Shown: positions 9,734 to 19,601, numbered from the stretch's first letter. The stretch: DNA of 64,000 nt from a bacterium (GCA_030649025.1 JAUSGO010000028.1:1074-65073); one strand, 5' to 3'. Notes: generated by a model from the letters alone, not told the origin. A program made the numbers and translations.

Positions 9734-10945
9734 ATGTCGTCTTTCGCATATAAAATCGTCACAAAGGAAAACAAGGTCCTTGAAGGAGAAGTGGATGCGC
9801 CGTCAAAAATAAAAGCCGAAGAAAAGTTCAGGCAGGAGGGTTCAACGGTGCTTTTCGTATCTCCGAAAAAAACATCCTTGTTCGCGAAAGAACTGTCCAT
9901 GCCCTCATTCGGTTTTCCCATCACCGAGCGCATATTTTTTTTCAGGAACCTTGCCACCATGCTCGGCGCAGGCCTTTCCTTGGCAGATGCCATGCGCGTA
10001 TTGGAAGAGCAGGCCAGAAGCAGCGGAGTCAAAAAAGCCATCGTAACGATCATCCATGACGTTGAGAACGGGAGACGGTTTTCGGACGCCATGCGGAAAT
10101 TCCCGAATTTTTTCTCGGATTTTCTTATTGAGGCGATACACGTGGGAGAACTCACGGGGCAGCTTGCCGATACGCTCGATCGCATATCCACGGACCTCGA
10201 GCACGACCACGATTTGCGTCGAAAGGTTCAGGGGGCCATGGCGTATCCATTGGTGGTGCTCACGGTTATGACGGGCGTAGTAATCACGCTTACGGGTTTT
10301 GTTCTGCCGAAGATTGCGGACCTTTTCAAGGAGCTCAATGCGCCGCTCCCAATGCCGACACGAATTCTTCTTGGGGGAAGCGGATTCATCCGCTCCAGTC
10401 CCTTTGCGGTTATAGGCGTCTTTGCGGCGCTGGCCGTAGGACTGTTCTTGCTCTGGAAAAATAAAAAGGGAAGATATTTCATCCATTATGCGTTTTTAAA
10501 AATCCCGGTCTTCGGCGACATGCTAAGGGAATTTAATTTGGCAAGATTTTTCAGGGCTCTTGAATCGCTTTTTGCAAGCGGCATTTCGCTCGTACGTTCC
10601 GTAGAAATCGCCAAAAAAATCCTTAAAAATGACGTATACCGGCAGGCTCTCGATGGCGCGCATCCCATTCTTATACACGGCGCGCCGCTTTCGGACGCGT
10701 TGAAGCTTCATCCGTTTCTTTTTCCTACGCAAACACGGCGCATTATAGAAGTCGGGGAACGCACGGGAAAGCTGGAGGAAATTTTCAGGCGTGTCACCTC
10801 GTATTACGAACGCGCCCTGCATCATAAAACCCAAATGCTCGCCTCGCTCATTGAACCGGTTCTTATTGTATTTATCGGCGTAGTCGTTGGGGGACTCGCG
10901 CTGTCTGTTTTTCTTCCCATTTACCAGGCAACGAGCGTGTTTTAA
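9734..10945 (+). CDS. pilC: Type IV pilus platform protein (PilC/GspF)
   Basis: Two T2SSF repeats (LATMLGAG..GELTG; GERTGKL..IEP) and three TM helices. Confidence 0.92.
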   Translation: MSSFAYKIVTKENKVLEGEVDAPSKIKAEEKFRQEGSTVLFVSPKKTSLFAKELSMPSFGFPITERIFFFRNLATMLGAGLSLADAMRVLEEQARSSGVKKAIVTIIHDVENGRRFSDAMRKFPNFFSDFLIEAIHVGELTGQLADTLDRISTDLEHDHDLRRKVQGAMAYPLVVLTVMTGVVITLTGFVLPKIADLFKELNAPLPMPTRILLGGSGFIRSSPFAVIGVFAALAVGLFLLWKNKKGRYFIHYAFLKIPVFGDMLREFNLARFFRALESLFASGISLVRSVEIAKKILKNDVYRQALDGAHPILIHGAPLSDALKLHPFLFPTQTRRIIEVGERTGKLEEIFRRVTSYYERALHHKTQMLASLIEPVLIVFIGVVVGGLALSVFLPIYQATSVF

Positions 10946-10955
10946 GAATTTTGGC

Positions 10956-11417
10956 ATGGCCAGAACACATTTAAAAATTTTTACTCCGCAACGGGGATTC
11001 TCCCTTATTGAAACCCTCGTTGTTGTGGGCATTTTAAGCATCATCGCGGTTTTTGCGCTGGGATCGCTTCGCGGCGTGCGCTCGCGCGCGGCACTAAGCG
11101 ACGGACAAATACTCATTGTCCGGGCCCTGGAGGAAGCGCGCAACCGCGCCGTAACGGGCGCGGGAACATCGGACCATGGCGTCCACATCGAGCCGGGAAA
11201 GATAGAAACGTTCGAGGGCTCCGTATACATTCCCGGTAGCGGCGTAGAGTCATTTCTGCCTCCGGGTGTCTCGACAGACCAGGCAAATGCCATTGTGATA
11301 TTCAAAAGACTGGTTGGGCAATCAAGCGCAAACCCCACCATAATGCTTTCTAATGTTTCGGGCGCAACATCAACAGTTGCGGTAACATTGGACGGCGCGA
11401 TCATCCCTAGCTTATAG
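10956..11417 (+). CDS. Prepilin-type minor pilin (FimT/GspH-like)
   Basis: RG|FSLIETLVV class III signal peptide; ARNRAV motif. Confidence 0.85.
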   Translation: MARTHLKIFTPQRGFSLIETLVVVGILSIIAVFALGSLRGVRSRAALSDGQILIVRALEEARNRAVTGAGTSDHGVHIEPGKIETFEGSVYIPGSGVESFLPPGVSTDQANAIVIFKRLVGQSSANPTIMLSNVSGATSTVAVTLDGAIIPSL

Positions 11418-11458
11418 CTGATAGCTTTTAGGGTTTAGACTCATCACGAAATCAATTC

Positions 11459-11983
11459 ATGAAATTTTCCAAACCTATTAGCTATAAGCTAAAAGCTAAA
11501 AGCTCCAAAGGCTTTGCGCTTGTGGAAGTTATTATCGGCATGGGTATTGCCGCATTTCTTCTCACCACATTCTCGTCAATTGCCCTGCAGAGTAAAAAGG
11601 TAAGCCGGGCAAATATGCGCAACTTTAAGGCAGCGCTGTATCTTCGCGAAGCTATAGAAGTAGCCAAAGACCTGGAACAGACGAACTGGGCAAGCTTTGC
11701 AAACCCGCTCTGCGTCTCGACGCCATATTGCCATCCGCAGGCGGCCGGAAGCACGTGGACCCTTGCCGGAGCAGAAGAGCTGCTCGACGATGGCATGTTT
11801 GCGCGGACTCTTTCCGTCTCGTCCGTATATCGAGATCCTGTAACAAACGCTATCGATCTTGCCGATCCGCCAACGGGCGCGCTTGACCCGAATACAAAAA
11901 AAGTGACGGCAGCGGTGAGGTGGGATACCGGGTATGTCGTGCGCACCGGAACGCTTGAGGCATATATATATAACATGCCATGA
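11459..11983 (+). CDS. Prepilin-type minor pilin (PilV-like)
   Basis: KG|FALVEVII N-methylation site; C-terminal KKVTAAVRW motif. Confidence 0.85.
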   Translation: MKFSKPISYKLKAKSSKGFALVEVIIGMGIAAFLLTTFSSIALQSKKVSRANMRNFKAALYLREAIEVAKDLEQTNWASFANPLCVSTPYCHPQAAGSTWTLAGAEELLDDGMFARTLSVSSVYRDPVTNAIDLADPPTGALDPNTKKVTAAVRWDTGYVVRTGTLEAYIYNMP

Positions 11984-12468
11984 CCCTACCCCTTAACACC
12001 AAACAGCAAAAAAATCCGCGCAAGCTTGGATTCCAGTCAGGGGTAACCCTGCTTGAAGTTATTCTTGTCCTGACTATCGGTGTGGCTGTTGCTACGATGG
12101 TGACGCTTGTTACGTCCGCGGGCCTTAAAAATATCCGATCTGCAAAACGCCTTGAGCGGCTTCATGCAAACGCCGTTTTCACCACAAATGCCCTCACCTA
12201 CTGGATAAAACAGGGGGATTTGCTCACCGTAACTTCCACGACCGCTTTGAGAATAATCCTTCCGGATTCTTCCATAAAATATATTGAGAAATCCAATAAT
12301 CGTGTTACACTGGACGGCAACGCCATAACCACCGATGATGCCCAAGTGACCAATCTTACCTTTGCGCGCTTTGGACGCTCGGTCCGCTTCGGACTTTCGC
12401 TCAAAGCCCGGAATGCCCCAGAGACGCTTTCCGTAACCTCTACCGTAGCTCAAAGAAATTCTTTTTAG
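11980..12468 (+). CDS. Prepilin-type minor pilin (PilW-like)
   Basis: SG|VTLLEVIL signal; ATGA overlap with the previous gene. Confidence 0.8.
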   Translation: MTLPLNTKQQKNPRKLGFQSGVTLLEVILVLTIGVAVATMVTLVTSAGLKNIRSAKRLERLHANAVFTTNALTYWIKQGDLLTVTSTTALRIILPDSSIKYIEKSNNRVTLDGNAITTDDAQVTNLTFARFGRSVRFGLSLKARNAPETLSVTSTVAQRNSF

Positions 12469-12483
12469 CGCTTCATTATATAT

Positions 12484-13572
12484 ATGAGCAAGAAACTCAA
12501 ATTTTCAAACAGGAACCCCGAACGCGGAGTCATCACGCTCATGGCGGTGCTTGGCGTGGGCTTGTTTGCTCTGGGTGCCGCCCTCACCATGGCAACGGGG
12601 GTCCTTTCGGAACTTGCGACAAACCAGGACACTGTTGCGGGAGACCAGGTTTTTTATACAGGCGAATCAAATGCGGGAGAGGGAGCCTATCAATACCTCT
12701 CCACCTCGTCGTATGCAAGCGTCGCGCCGACTCTGCTCAACGACACCTCTACCGGCTCCGTTGTAATCGTTCCCTTGGCATGGCCGTATGTTCGGGCTAG
12801 GGGTCACGCCGGAAACGGCACAACGCGCCGCATCGTGTCGCGCATTATCACCGTTTTTCCCGAGGGACAGGCTTTTGACTACGCAGTATATTCTAATGAA
12901 GAAATGAATTTCGGCGGCAATGCTACCGTGAACGGCGATGTGTATGCAACCGACGAAATCGATTTTACGGGTGCGAGCGCCGAAGTGAACGGCAACGCGT
13001 TCTCACCGGGGGATGTTGAAACGGATAATGTAAACGGTTTCTCGGTTACCGGCGTTGATGTTATTGAGCCTCCACGTATTTTTATTGAGCCTTACCGAGA
13101 CATGGCCATAGCCGCAGGAACCCATTTCACAAGCACCCCTCTGGCAAGAAGCTTTCTTAATAACAATATAACGCACAATATTGCCGTAGTGGTTGAAGAT
13201 ATCCCAGAACTTAAACTCCAAAATTCTACCAGCTCCACGGGAAGCCTTGTTACGTTGCACGACCTGGAACTTACGGGCGGAACCTACACCGCCGCAGGTG
13301 GACGGCCCGCTATTATTGTCTATGGAAACCTAAAAATCGCTGGCGGCACCACCATAAACGGCATTGTGTATGTGGAGGGTTCAACTACGTTCGGTTCGGG
13401 AACAAATACCATAAATGGCTCGCTCATTTCTGTCGGGGGCGCGAGCGTGGACGTAACGGGCAATGCCGTAATAAACTTTGATCCACAGTACGTTGCGGAT
13501 TGGGACTTGCTGCCGGGACTTGATACCTCTACCACCTCAACGCCGGAAGTGATTTCATGGGGAGAAGAATAA
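12484..13572 (+). CDS. PilX/GspK-like pilin with C-terminal beta-rich domain
   Basis: ERG|VITLM without Glu5; Gly/Asn-rich repeats; ends in ISWGEE. Confidence 0.75.
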   Translation: MSKKLKFSNRNPERGVITLMAVLGVGLFALGAALTMATGVLSELATNQDTVAGDQVFYTGESNAGEGAYQYLSTSSYASVAPTLLNDTSTGSVVIVPLAWPYVRARGHAGNGTTRRIVSRIITVFPEGQAFDYAVYSNEEMNFGGNATVNGDVYATDEIDFTGASAEVNGNAFSPGDVETDNVNGFSVTGVDVIEPPRIFIEPYRDMAIAAGTHFTSTPLARSFLNNNITHNIAVVVEDIPELKLQNSTSSTGSLVTLHDLELTGGTYTAAGGRPAIIVYGNLKIAGGTTINGIVYVEGSTTFGSGTNTINGSLISVGGASVDVTGNAVINFDPQYVADWDLLPGLDTSTTSTPEVISWGEE

Positions 13573-13586
13573 TTTTTCTTGCTTTC

Positions 13587-13622
13587 AAAAACGCCACGGC
13601 CTGCAAGGCCGTGGTTTTGTTT
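13587..13622 (+). terminator. Intrinsic terminator of the pilus operon
   Basis: CCACGGCC-TGCAA-GGCCGTGG hairpin followed by a T-rich tract. Confidence 0.7.
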
Positions 13623-13689
13623 CAATAGGCAAGTGCGCAAATTACAAGAACCTATCAAAAAATTCTTGTTTTTCTGCAAGCCCACCTAC

Positions 13690-13749
13690 TATTGTCTAAT
13701 TTACTCGCCTCGCTGAAGCTCCGGCGAAGCGGGCTCAAATTAGACAATA
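13690..13749. repeat. 60-bp palindromic REP-like element
   Basis: TATTGTCTAATTT...AAATTAGACAATA arms around an imperfect GC hairpin CTCGCCTCGCTGAAGCTCCGGCGAAGCGGG. Confidence 0.6.
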
Positions 13750-13864
13750 ACAACTGAAACAAAATAAAAAGAGCCAAAGAACTGTACTGTGTTGCACGCC
13801 AAGAACAAACCATGGCATACTTTATCTGTGTTCTTTTGAAAATATACGTTGAAAGAGGAAATGA

Positions 13865-14230
13865 ATGAGCTATATATGGACTTTTTTCGGCACTGTATTT
13901 CTGCTACTCGGCATCGTCGGCGTGTTCCTTCCTCTGCTTCCCACAATACCGTTTCTTCTTCTTACGGCTTACTGCTGGGCACGAGGTTCGCCGAGACTTT
14001 ACAATTGGCTCATGCAGAATCGGTGGTTCGGCAGGTATATCCGCGAGTGGCGCGATGGCCGCGGCATCTCTGCAAGGTCTAAGGCGCTTGCAGTTGCGCT
14101 CATCGCCTTGAGCGTGGGGTATTCGGTGCTCTTGCCCAAACTGCATCTTGCAGTAAAACTGCTGCACGGAAGTTTTGTGGTGCTTGCGGGCATCTACATT
14201 CTCACCCGCCCCACCAGACACGATAAATAA
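13865..14230 (+). CDS. ybaN: YbaN/DUF454 family inner membrane protein
   Basis: LGIVGVFLPLLPTIPFLLL..RGSPRLYNWL..FG signature. Confidence 0.85.
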   Translation: MSYIWTFFGTVFLLLGIVGVFLPLLPTIPFLLLTAYCWARGSPRLYNWLMQNRWFGRYIREWRDGRGISARSKALAVALIALSVGYSVLLPKLHLAVKLLHGSFVVLAGIYILTRPTRHDK

Positions 14231-14324
14231 GAGCGACATCCGGTCCAAAGCACTACATCTCTTCGGCAGACTGTCCAAAGTCTGCCGCTTTTCTTTTTTG
14301 GGCCTTCTGGTATAGAATGCGCGT

Positions 14325-15278
14325 ATGCACGAAGGCAAGGCAAAAGGGTCGGAGCTCATCATTTTTGATGATGGAACGCTCTACCACATAGACATAGGAC
14401 GAAAGGACAACATTCCTCCAAATCTTTTTTTAGTGGGGGCCTCCGAGCGCGTGGACGCCATCTCGAAACATTTTGATGAGGTTTATTTTTCTCATCGCAA
14501 CAGCGCGCGGCCCGAGTTTTACGTCGTGTGCGGCATGTATAACGGCGTGCCCATGGCCGCCATGTCCATCGGCATCGGGTGCGACAATACCGAAATTGTT
14601 CTCAATGAGCTTCATGCGCTTTTCGAATACGACCATGTAAAAGACGCATGGGATATGCAAGACGCCAAAGTGAATATCATCCGAGTCGGCACCTGCGGCG
14701 CCTTTCAAGAGAAGATGCCCACCGGCTCCATTGCCATTTCCGAATACAGCTTGGGTTTAGACAATTTGGGAGCATATTACCCGACTCCACAAAAAGACAA
14801 AAAATGCGCGTCTATTGAGGAGAGTTTTTTGAGAACGCCGGTGGGCAAGGTGAGCACTCTTTCTTATTGTTCCCGGGCAACGCCGCACGTTGCCGAACTT
14901 CTCAAGAAAACAGCATATCGTCTCGGAGAACATGAAGACGCGATATATACGGGCATCACCACCTCCGCGCCTGGATTTTTCGGACCCGAGGGAAGAAGCA
15001 TCGGCAGGATTAAGACGACGCTGAACTCAAAAGAATTCCTGGATACCGTGCGGACTTTTGACAATGACGGAACGAGGATCATCAATACCGAAATGGAATC
15101 GAGCATTCTTTTCCGCATTGCTCACGAAATACTCGGCTACAATGTTGGAACGCTATGCCTGGTTGTCGATAACATTTTTACGAACGAGGTAATTTTAAGC
15201 GACGTTGCCAAAACGCGCATGGATGCATGTATTAAGATAGCGCTTGAGACAATGACCTCGCTTTCCAAAGAAGCTTAA
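14325..15278 (+). CDS. Nucleoside phosphorylase (uridine phosphorylase-like, PNP_UDP_1)
   Basis: LYHI, SIGIGCDN, IIRVGTCG, GFFGPEGR and NTEMESS motifs. Confidence 0.85.
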   Translation: MHEGKAKGSELIIFDDGTLYHIDIGRKDNIPPNLFLVGASERVDAISKHFDEVYFSHRNSARPEFYVVCGMYNGVPMAAMSIGIGCDNTEIVLNELHALFEYDHVKDAWDMQDAKVNIIRVGTCGAFQEKMPTGSIAISEYSLGLDNLGAYYPTPQKDKKCASIEESFLRTPVGKVSTLSYCSRATPHVAELLKKTAYRLGEHEDAIYTGITTSAPGFFGPEGRSIGRIKTTLNSKEFLDTVRTFDNDGTRIINTEMESSILFRIAHEILGYNVGTLCLVVDNIFTNEVILSDVAKTRMDACIKIALETMTSLSKEA

Positions 15279-15288
15279 AGATATTTTC

Positions 15289-16428
15289 ATGGAACCGCTC
15301 GCTTCAAAGATAAGGCCAAAAACCCTCAAAGAGTTCGTCGGTCAGGAACATCTGACGGGAAAGGGAAAGCCCCTCTACGTGGCGATACAAGAGCGCCATA
15401 TTTTTTCGTTCGTGCTGTGGGGCCCGCCCGGCGTGGGCAAGACCACGCTTGCACGCATCTACGCCAGCGCCATCAATGCGGAATTTTTCGACCTGTCCGC
15501 AGTGTCTGCGGGTAAGGACGAGATTCGCAAGATAGTGGAACGGGGAGGGCAGGAAGAGAAGCCGAGGGTGTTGTTTCTCGACGAGATACACCGTTTCAAC
15601 AAAGCCCAGCAGGATTTTCTTCTCCCATTTGTGGAGTCTGGAAAGTTGGTTCTTGTCGGCGCAACCACCGAGAATCCCAGTTTTGAGATCATCTCACCCC
15701 TTCTGTCGCGTCTGCGCGTCTTCGTGCTCAACGAACTTTCGGCATCGGAGATGTCGCGCATCATTGACCGGACAAAAATTTCGCTCAACGCCAAAGCGAA
15801 AGAATGGCTTATTGAAATGGCGAACGGGGACGCAAGAGCCGCCATCACGATGCTGGAAAATACCCAAAAACTCTACGGCAACATTACCGTAGAGACGCTG
15901 AAAGAAACTCTGCAGTCCAAATTTTTGCGGTACGATAAAAAGGGAGAGGAACATTACAACATCATCAGCGCTTACATTAAAAGCATGCGTGCCGGCAACG
16001 CCGATGCGGCATTGTACTATCTTGCGCGGATGGTGGAGGCGGGAGAAGACCCGAAATTCATTGCGCGCCGCATGGTGGTATTCGCTTCCGAAGACATCGG
16101 CCTTGCGCAGCCTACCGCCGTGGTAGTGGCAAACGAGGTGTTCCGCGCGGTTGAAACGATAGGGCTTCCGGAATGCGCCATTAATCTTGCACACGGCACC
16201 TGCTACATGGCGCTTTCCAAAAAAGACCGCGGGTCATATGACGCCTACAATGCGGCGCTCGAGGACGTGAAAAAATATGGGAACCTTCCCGTCCCCCTGA
16301 ATCTGCGGAACGCTCCCACAAAACTTATGAAGAATCTCGGCTACGGCAAGGGTTACGAGAAATATACCTCCAAGGATCTACTGCCGGAGAAACTGAAGGA
16401 GAAAAAATATCTTAAGGAAATAAAGTAG
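15289..16428 (+). CDS. rarA: Replication-associated recombination protein A (MgsA)
   Basis: PLASKIRP, GPPGVGKTT, DEIHRFNKAQQD, GATTENP, ASEDIGLA. Confidence 0.95.
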   Translation: MEPLASKIRPKTLKEFVGQEHLTGKGKPLYVAIQERHIFSFVLWGPPGVGKTTLARIYASAINAEFFDLSAVSAGKDEIRKIVERGGQEEKPRVLFLDEIHRFNKAQQDFLLPFVESGKLVLVGATTENPSFEIISPLLSRLRVFVLNELSASEMSRIIDRTKISLNAKAKEWLIEMANGDARAAITMLENTQKLYGNITVETLKETLQSKFLRYDKKGEEHYNIISAYIKSMRAGNADAALYYLARMVEAGEDPKFIARRMVVFASEDIGLAQPTAVVVANEVFRAVETIGLPECAINLAHGTCYMALSKKDRGSYDAYNAALEDVKKYGNLPVPLNLRNAPTKLMKNLGYGKGYEKYTSKDLLPEKLKEKKYLKEIK

Positions 16429-16429
16429 T

Positions 16430-16990
16430 TTGCGGTTTGAACGATTCTTGGCTATGCTGGAGACAGTGGAACACTATCCGGACCTCAAAGCCAAATTGCG
16501 CCTAGTGAAAGATTTTCCCACTCCCGGAGTGGAGTTTTATGATATAACACCTCTTTTCGAAGACACCAAGGCCTTCCGAAAAGCCATCGACGCAATAGCG
16601 GGTTTTTATAAAGACCTAAGAGTCGACAAAGTGGTGGGAATTGACGCGCGAGGATTTTTGGTTGCAAGCCCCGTTGCCTACGTTCTTGGAGCCGGCCTTG
16701 CGCTGGTGCGGAAAAAGGGGAAACTTCCCTCTGAAATTATCCGCGAGCACCACGAGCTGGAATATGGAAAATCATCGCTCGAGATACATACGGACGCGAT
16801 AAAAAAAGGAGAGCGCGTGGTTATTGTTGATGATGTTCTGGCAACCGGCGGAACTGCGGGCGCGGCATTGCGCCTGGTGCAGAACCTCGGCGGTAATATC
16901 ATTGGACTTGATTTTCTGGTGGAGATCACGAAATTCGAGGGGAGAAAAAAATTTCCCGACCATACCATCCATTCACTAATTGTTTACTGA
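16430..16990 (+). CDS. apt: Adenine phosphoribosyltransferase
   Basis: DFPTPGVEFYDITPL, GIDARGF, RKKGKLP, VDDVLATGGT; the true start may be ATG 16454. Confidence 0.93.
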   Translation: MRFERFLAMLETVEHYPDLKAKLRLVKDFPTPGVEFYDITPLFEDTKAFRKAIDAIAGFYKDLRVDKVVGIDARGFLVASPVAYVLGAGLALVRKKGKLPSEIIREHHELEYGKSSLEIHTDAIKKGERVVIVDDVLATGGTAGAALRLVQNLGGNIIGLDFLVEITKFEGRKKFPDHTIHSLIVY

Positions 16991-16998
16991 AATTAAAA

Positions 16999-17385
16999 AT
17001 GAGCGGAAAACTCATCATTGGCATTGTGATCATGTCTACCCTGGGCATCGTGGGGCTTGCCGTTTGGCAACAGCAAAAGCGTCTTCCGGAGCTTGAGGCG
17101 CGCCGTCCCGCGCCGCCCGTGACGCCTCCGCCGGGGCTTTTGGGCAAAGACGGGAAAAATCAAAGCGGGCCGCTTGATTTTGCGGCACTTTTTGGCAACC
17201 TAAAGCCCGCAAAGCAAGAATGCTTCCGAGAAAAATTCGGCCAGGAACGACTTAACCAGATGCTCGCAAATCAGGCTTTTGTCCCGGCGCCCGAGGACAA
17301 CAGCATCATCGGCGAATGTTTGCTTGCCGGCGCTACGTTCCAGGAAAGTGCTCCGTCGACCACGACAGAATCGGCAGGACCGTAG
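16999..17385 (+). CDS. Hypothetical membrane-anchored protein
   Basis: N-terminal TM, Pro-rich linker, Cys pair; follows apt by 8 nt. Confidence 0.65.
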   Translation: MSGKLIIGIVIMSTLGIVGLAVWQQQKRLPELEARRPAPPVTPPPGLLGKDGKNQSGPLDFAALFGNLKPAKQECFREKFGQERLNQMLANQAFVPAPEDNSIIGECLLAGATFQESAPSTTTESAGP

Positions 17386-17453
17386 GTTCTTTTTATAGTA
17401 CCCTCTTGAACCCGTGACAAGAAACTCTTTGTCTACACCTGGCGGATGAAACT

Positions 17454-17481
17454 TTGACAGAACGTCCAAAAAATATATACT
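17454..17481 (+). promoter_or_regulatory. Sigma70-type promoter
   Basis: TTGACA-16nt-TATACT upstream of AGGAGG and a TTG start. Confidence 0.55.
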
Positions 17482-17510
17482 GAATCAGGATCTTTTACAG
17501 GAGGTGTATA

Positions 17511-17855
17511 TTGAGTACCGACGTTCAAAAACAGTTCCATAAATTTCTTGGAGTCACTGGAACCATTGAAGGCGGCGACGATGTGCCTGTGCAATTAACC
17601 TCGCTTAGCTCGTCCTGGAATTGCATTACAGAACGTGCCGAGAAATTTGGCTGCAAGCCCGGAGAACAAGCTCTTCTTGTTGAATGGATACCGATGGGCA
17701 TGCAGTTTACCAAACCAGGACCGGAAGAGCTCCCGAAAGAAGCTGGTGTGGATAAAACAAAAATCCCTCCGCGAGACCAGTGGGTTGTGTTTCCACGCTC
17801 ATTTGGTGGTCTGCCGGTCTACTACCGTCGTGGACAAATGGCCTTTGCTCTTTAG
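17511..17855 (+). CDS. Hypothetical protein
   Basis: Strong AGGAGG RBS, own promoter, terminator at about 17876-17900. Confidence 0.7.
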   Translation: MSTDVQKQFHKFLGVTGTIEGGDDVPVQLTSLSSSWNCITERAEKFGCKPGEQALLVEWIPMGMQFTKPGPEELPKEAGVDKTKIPPRDQWVVFPRSFGGLPVYYRRGQMAFAL

Positions 17856-17976
17856 CCTTTAGAACTGCATTTAATGACTCGATGAAATCACGAGTCTTTT
17901 TCTTTTTTTATTAAAGGCGCCAAAAGTGTAACGGTGACCTTGAACACCACGGCTCCTGTAAGGCCATGGCCTTCTT

Positions 17977-18672
17977 TTATTTCACCAACGAACTAATGAG
18001 TGCACCAATGCCATAAGAGGCTCCGGCAGCAATAAGGCCGATAACGAGCATTTCCAAGCCGCTTTTAAGCCAGCCTTGTTTGGTGAGAAGTGTCCGCAGG
18101 GAACCTACAAAAAATAAGGTCGTGGCAGTTGAAGCAACGGAGATCCAGAAATCATGGCCGCCTGCGCCAAAGAGCACAAATGGGATGAGCGGAAGAGTTC
18201 CCGCAACGATAAACGCGACAAAAGTCACAACGCCATGAGACCATGGCGTCTCTTCGTTCCCGGTTATCACGCCATGCTCTCCTATCATCATTTCGTCTAC
18301 CCAGCGCTTTTTGTTGCCCGTGATGATCTCCACCGCACGCTCAAGCTCCACGCCAGAAAACCCCTTGGCCTGATACATATTACGAACCTCTTCCCGCTCT
18401 TCCTGCGGGAAGAGTTGTATTTCCATCTCTTCGCGCGCACGCTGACGCGCCTCGAAATCACGCTGCGACTTCATGCCAAGGTAGCTCGACATCCCCATAG
18501 AGATGCCATCGGCAATGACGTTGGCAAATCCGAGAATAACCACGATCTCCCGTGAAAGCGAGGCTCCTGCAACGCCGGCAACTATCGCAAATGTCGTGAT
18601 AATGCCGTCGTTGACGCCATAAATTGCATCGCGCAAATATCCCCCGCTCGTGGAGGAGTTTTCGTGACGCAT
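17977..18672 (-). CDS. VIT1/CCC1 family Fe/Mn transporter
   Basis: YLRDAIYGVNDGIITTF..ADGISMG motif; the longer start at 18726 lies inside a MITE. Confidence 0.9.
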   Translation of the reverse strand: MRHENSSTSGGYLRDAIYGVNDGIITTFAIVAGVAGASLSREIVVILGFANVIADGISMGMSSYLGMKSQRDFEARQRAREEMEIQLFPQEEREEVRNMYQAKGFSGVELERAVEIITGNKKRWVDEMMIGEHGVITGNEETPWSHGVVTFVAFIVAGTLPLIPFVLFGAGGHDFWISVASTATTLFFVGSLRTLLTKQGWLKSGLEMLVIGLIAAGASYGIGALISSLVK

Positions 18673-18695
18673 ATGTTTTTGCTGGATTTCATTCA

Positions 18696-18795
18696 CCCCG
18701 TTAGATGTGCTAGATAATTCTTGCATAATTGTAATTATGTACTTCCCGCCAAGATATCCCAGTTTTAGAAAAGCAGTAGAAGATATCTAACGGGG
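18696..18795. mobile_element. MITE-like element, copy 1
   Basis: Terminal inverted repeats CCCCGTTAGAT/ATCTAACGGGG flanked by a TTCA direct repeat (18692-18695, 18796-18799). Confidence 0.65.
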
Positions 18796-18796
18796 T

Positions 18797-19042
18797 TCAT
18801 GTATGTTTATCTTTACGCCGTCTCTCATCTGCCACCATCCAAAATCCCCGCATTCTGTTAGCCTTAGATCCTGAAGCGTAATTGTACTTGTCGGTATAAA
18901 TATCGATGCCAAGATTGTCATGGAAAAACTCCGCGAAAGTTCTATCAGAAAAGTTCAAGACGTAACCTGTCATCTGAAAGAGCTTTTCTAGTATTTGTTT
19001 GTCATTTGTTTTTAGGGAGGACGTAGCTCTTTTGACTGGCAA
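18797..19042 (-). pseudogene. N-terminal fragment of an Abi/restriction-type defence protein
   Basis: LEKLFQMTGYVLNFSDRTFAEFF..IDIY..KY..GSKANRMRGFW resembles the N-terminal domain of AbiJ-like/restriction endonuclease proteins; the ORF stops at the MITE boundary after only 81 aa. Confidence 0.55.
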
Positions 19043-19055
19043 ATAATCTCAGGGA

Positions 19056-19601
19056 TTAGAGTTTAGTTGCCTCAGACTGCTTCATACGCACTTTCTCGGT
19101 CATTTCCCGCGGGCTTACATATCCAAGGGCATCCACATCGGGATTGTAGAGTTCAACCATATCTAGATCGGGCCGTTCGAATACCCGCGTGCCCCTTACG
19201 ATCTTTCCGTCTTGTAACGACTTTTTGAACTCTTGATACTTACCTTCTTCAAGAACGAAATCAACATCGCCGACATGAGATCGATACGGATCTGGTTTGC
19301 GGATATAAAGATGTGTATAGGTAGTTTCTGGTATATCCGTGCGAACCGGAATGACTATTGGATTGTGGAGACGAAAATATTTTTGGTTAAGATTGTCGGA
19401 TTCTTCGGTTAATTGCTTACGAATCTCGATCAAAGATTTGTACTCGTCGTCATAATGGCAGAACACCCCCATATTTCCAGCGACAGGAAGGTATTTACCA
19501 AACGATTGTTTGCACAGCTCAAAACAAGCAAAATGTATATGCTCTATAGCCTTCAATAACTCTGCTTCGTTCTGAATTGGACTAAATCGATATAGTTTCA
19601 T
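19056..19601 (-). CDS. Hypothetical protein (AT-rich cassette)
   Basis: 181-aa ORF with natural composition, co-oriented with neighbouring cassette genes. Confidence 0.7.
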   Translation of the reverse strand: MKLYRFSPIQNEAELLKAIEHIHFACFELCKQSFGKYLPVAGNMGVFCHYDDEYKSLIEIRKQLTEESDNLNQKYFRLHNPIVIPVRTDIPETTYTHLYIRKPDPYRSHVGDVDFVLEEGKYQEFKKSLQDGKIVRGTRVFERPDLDMVELYNPDVDALGYVSPREMTEKVRMKQSEATKL

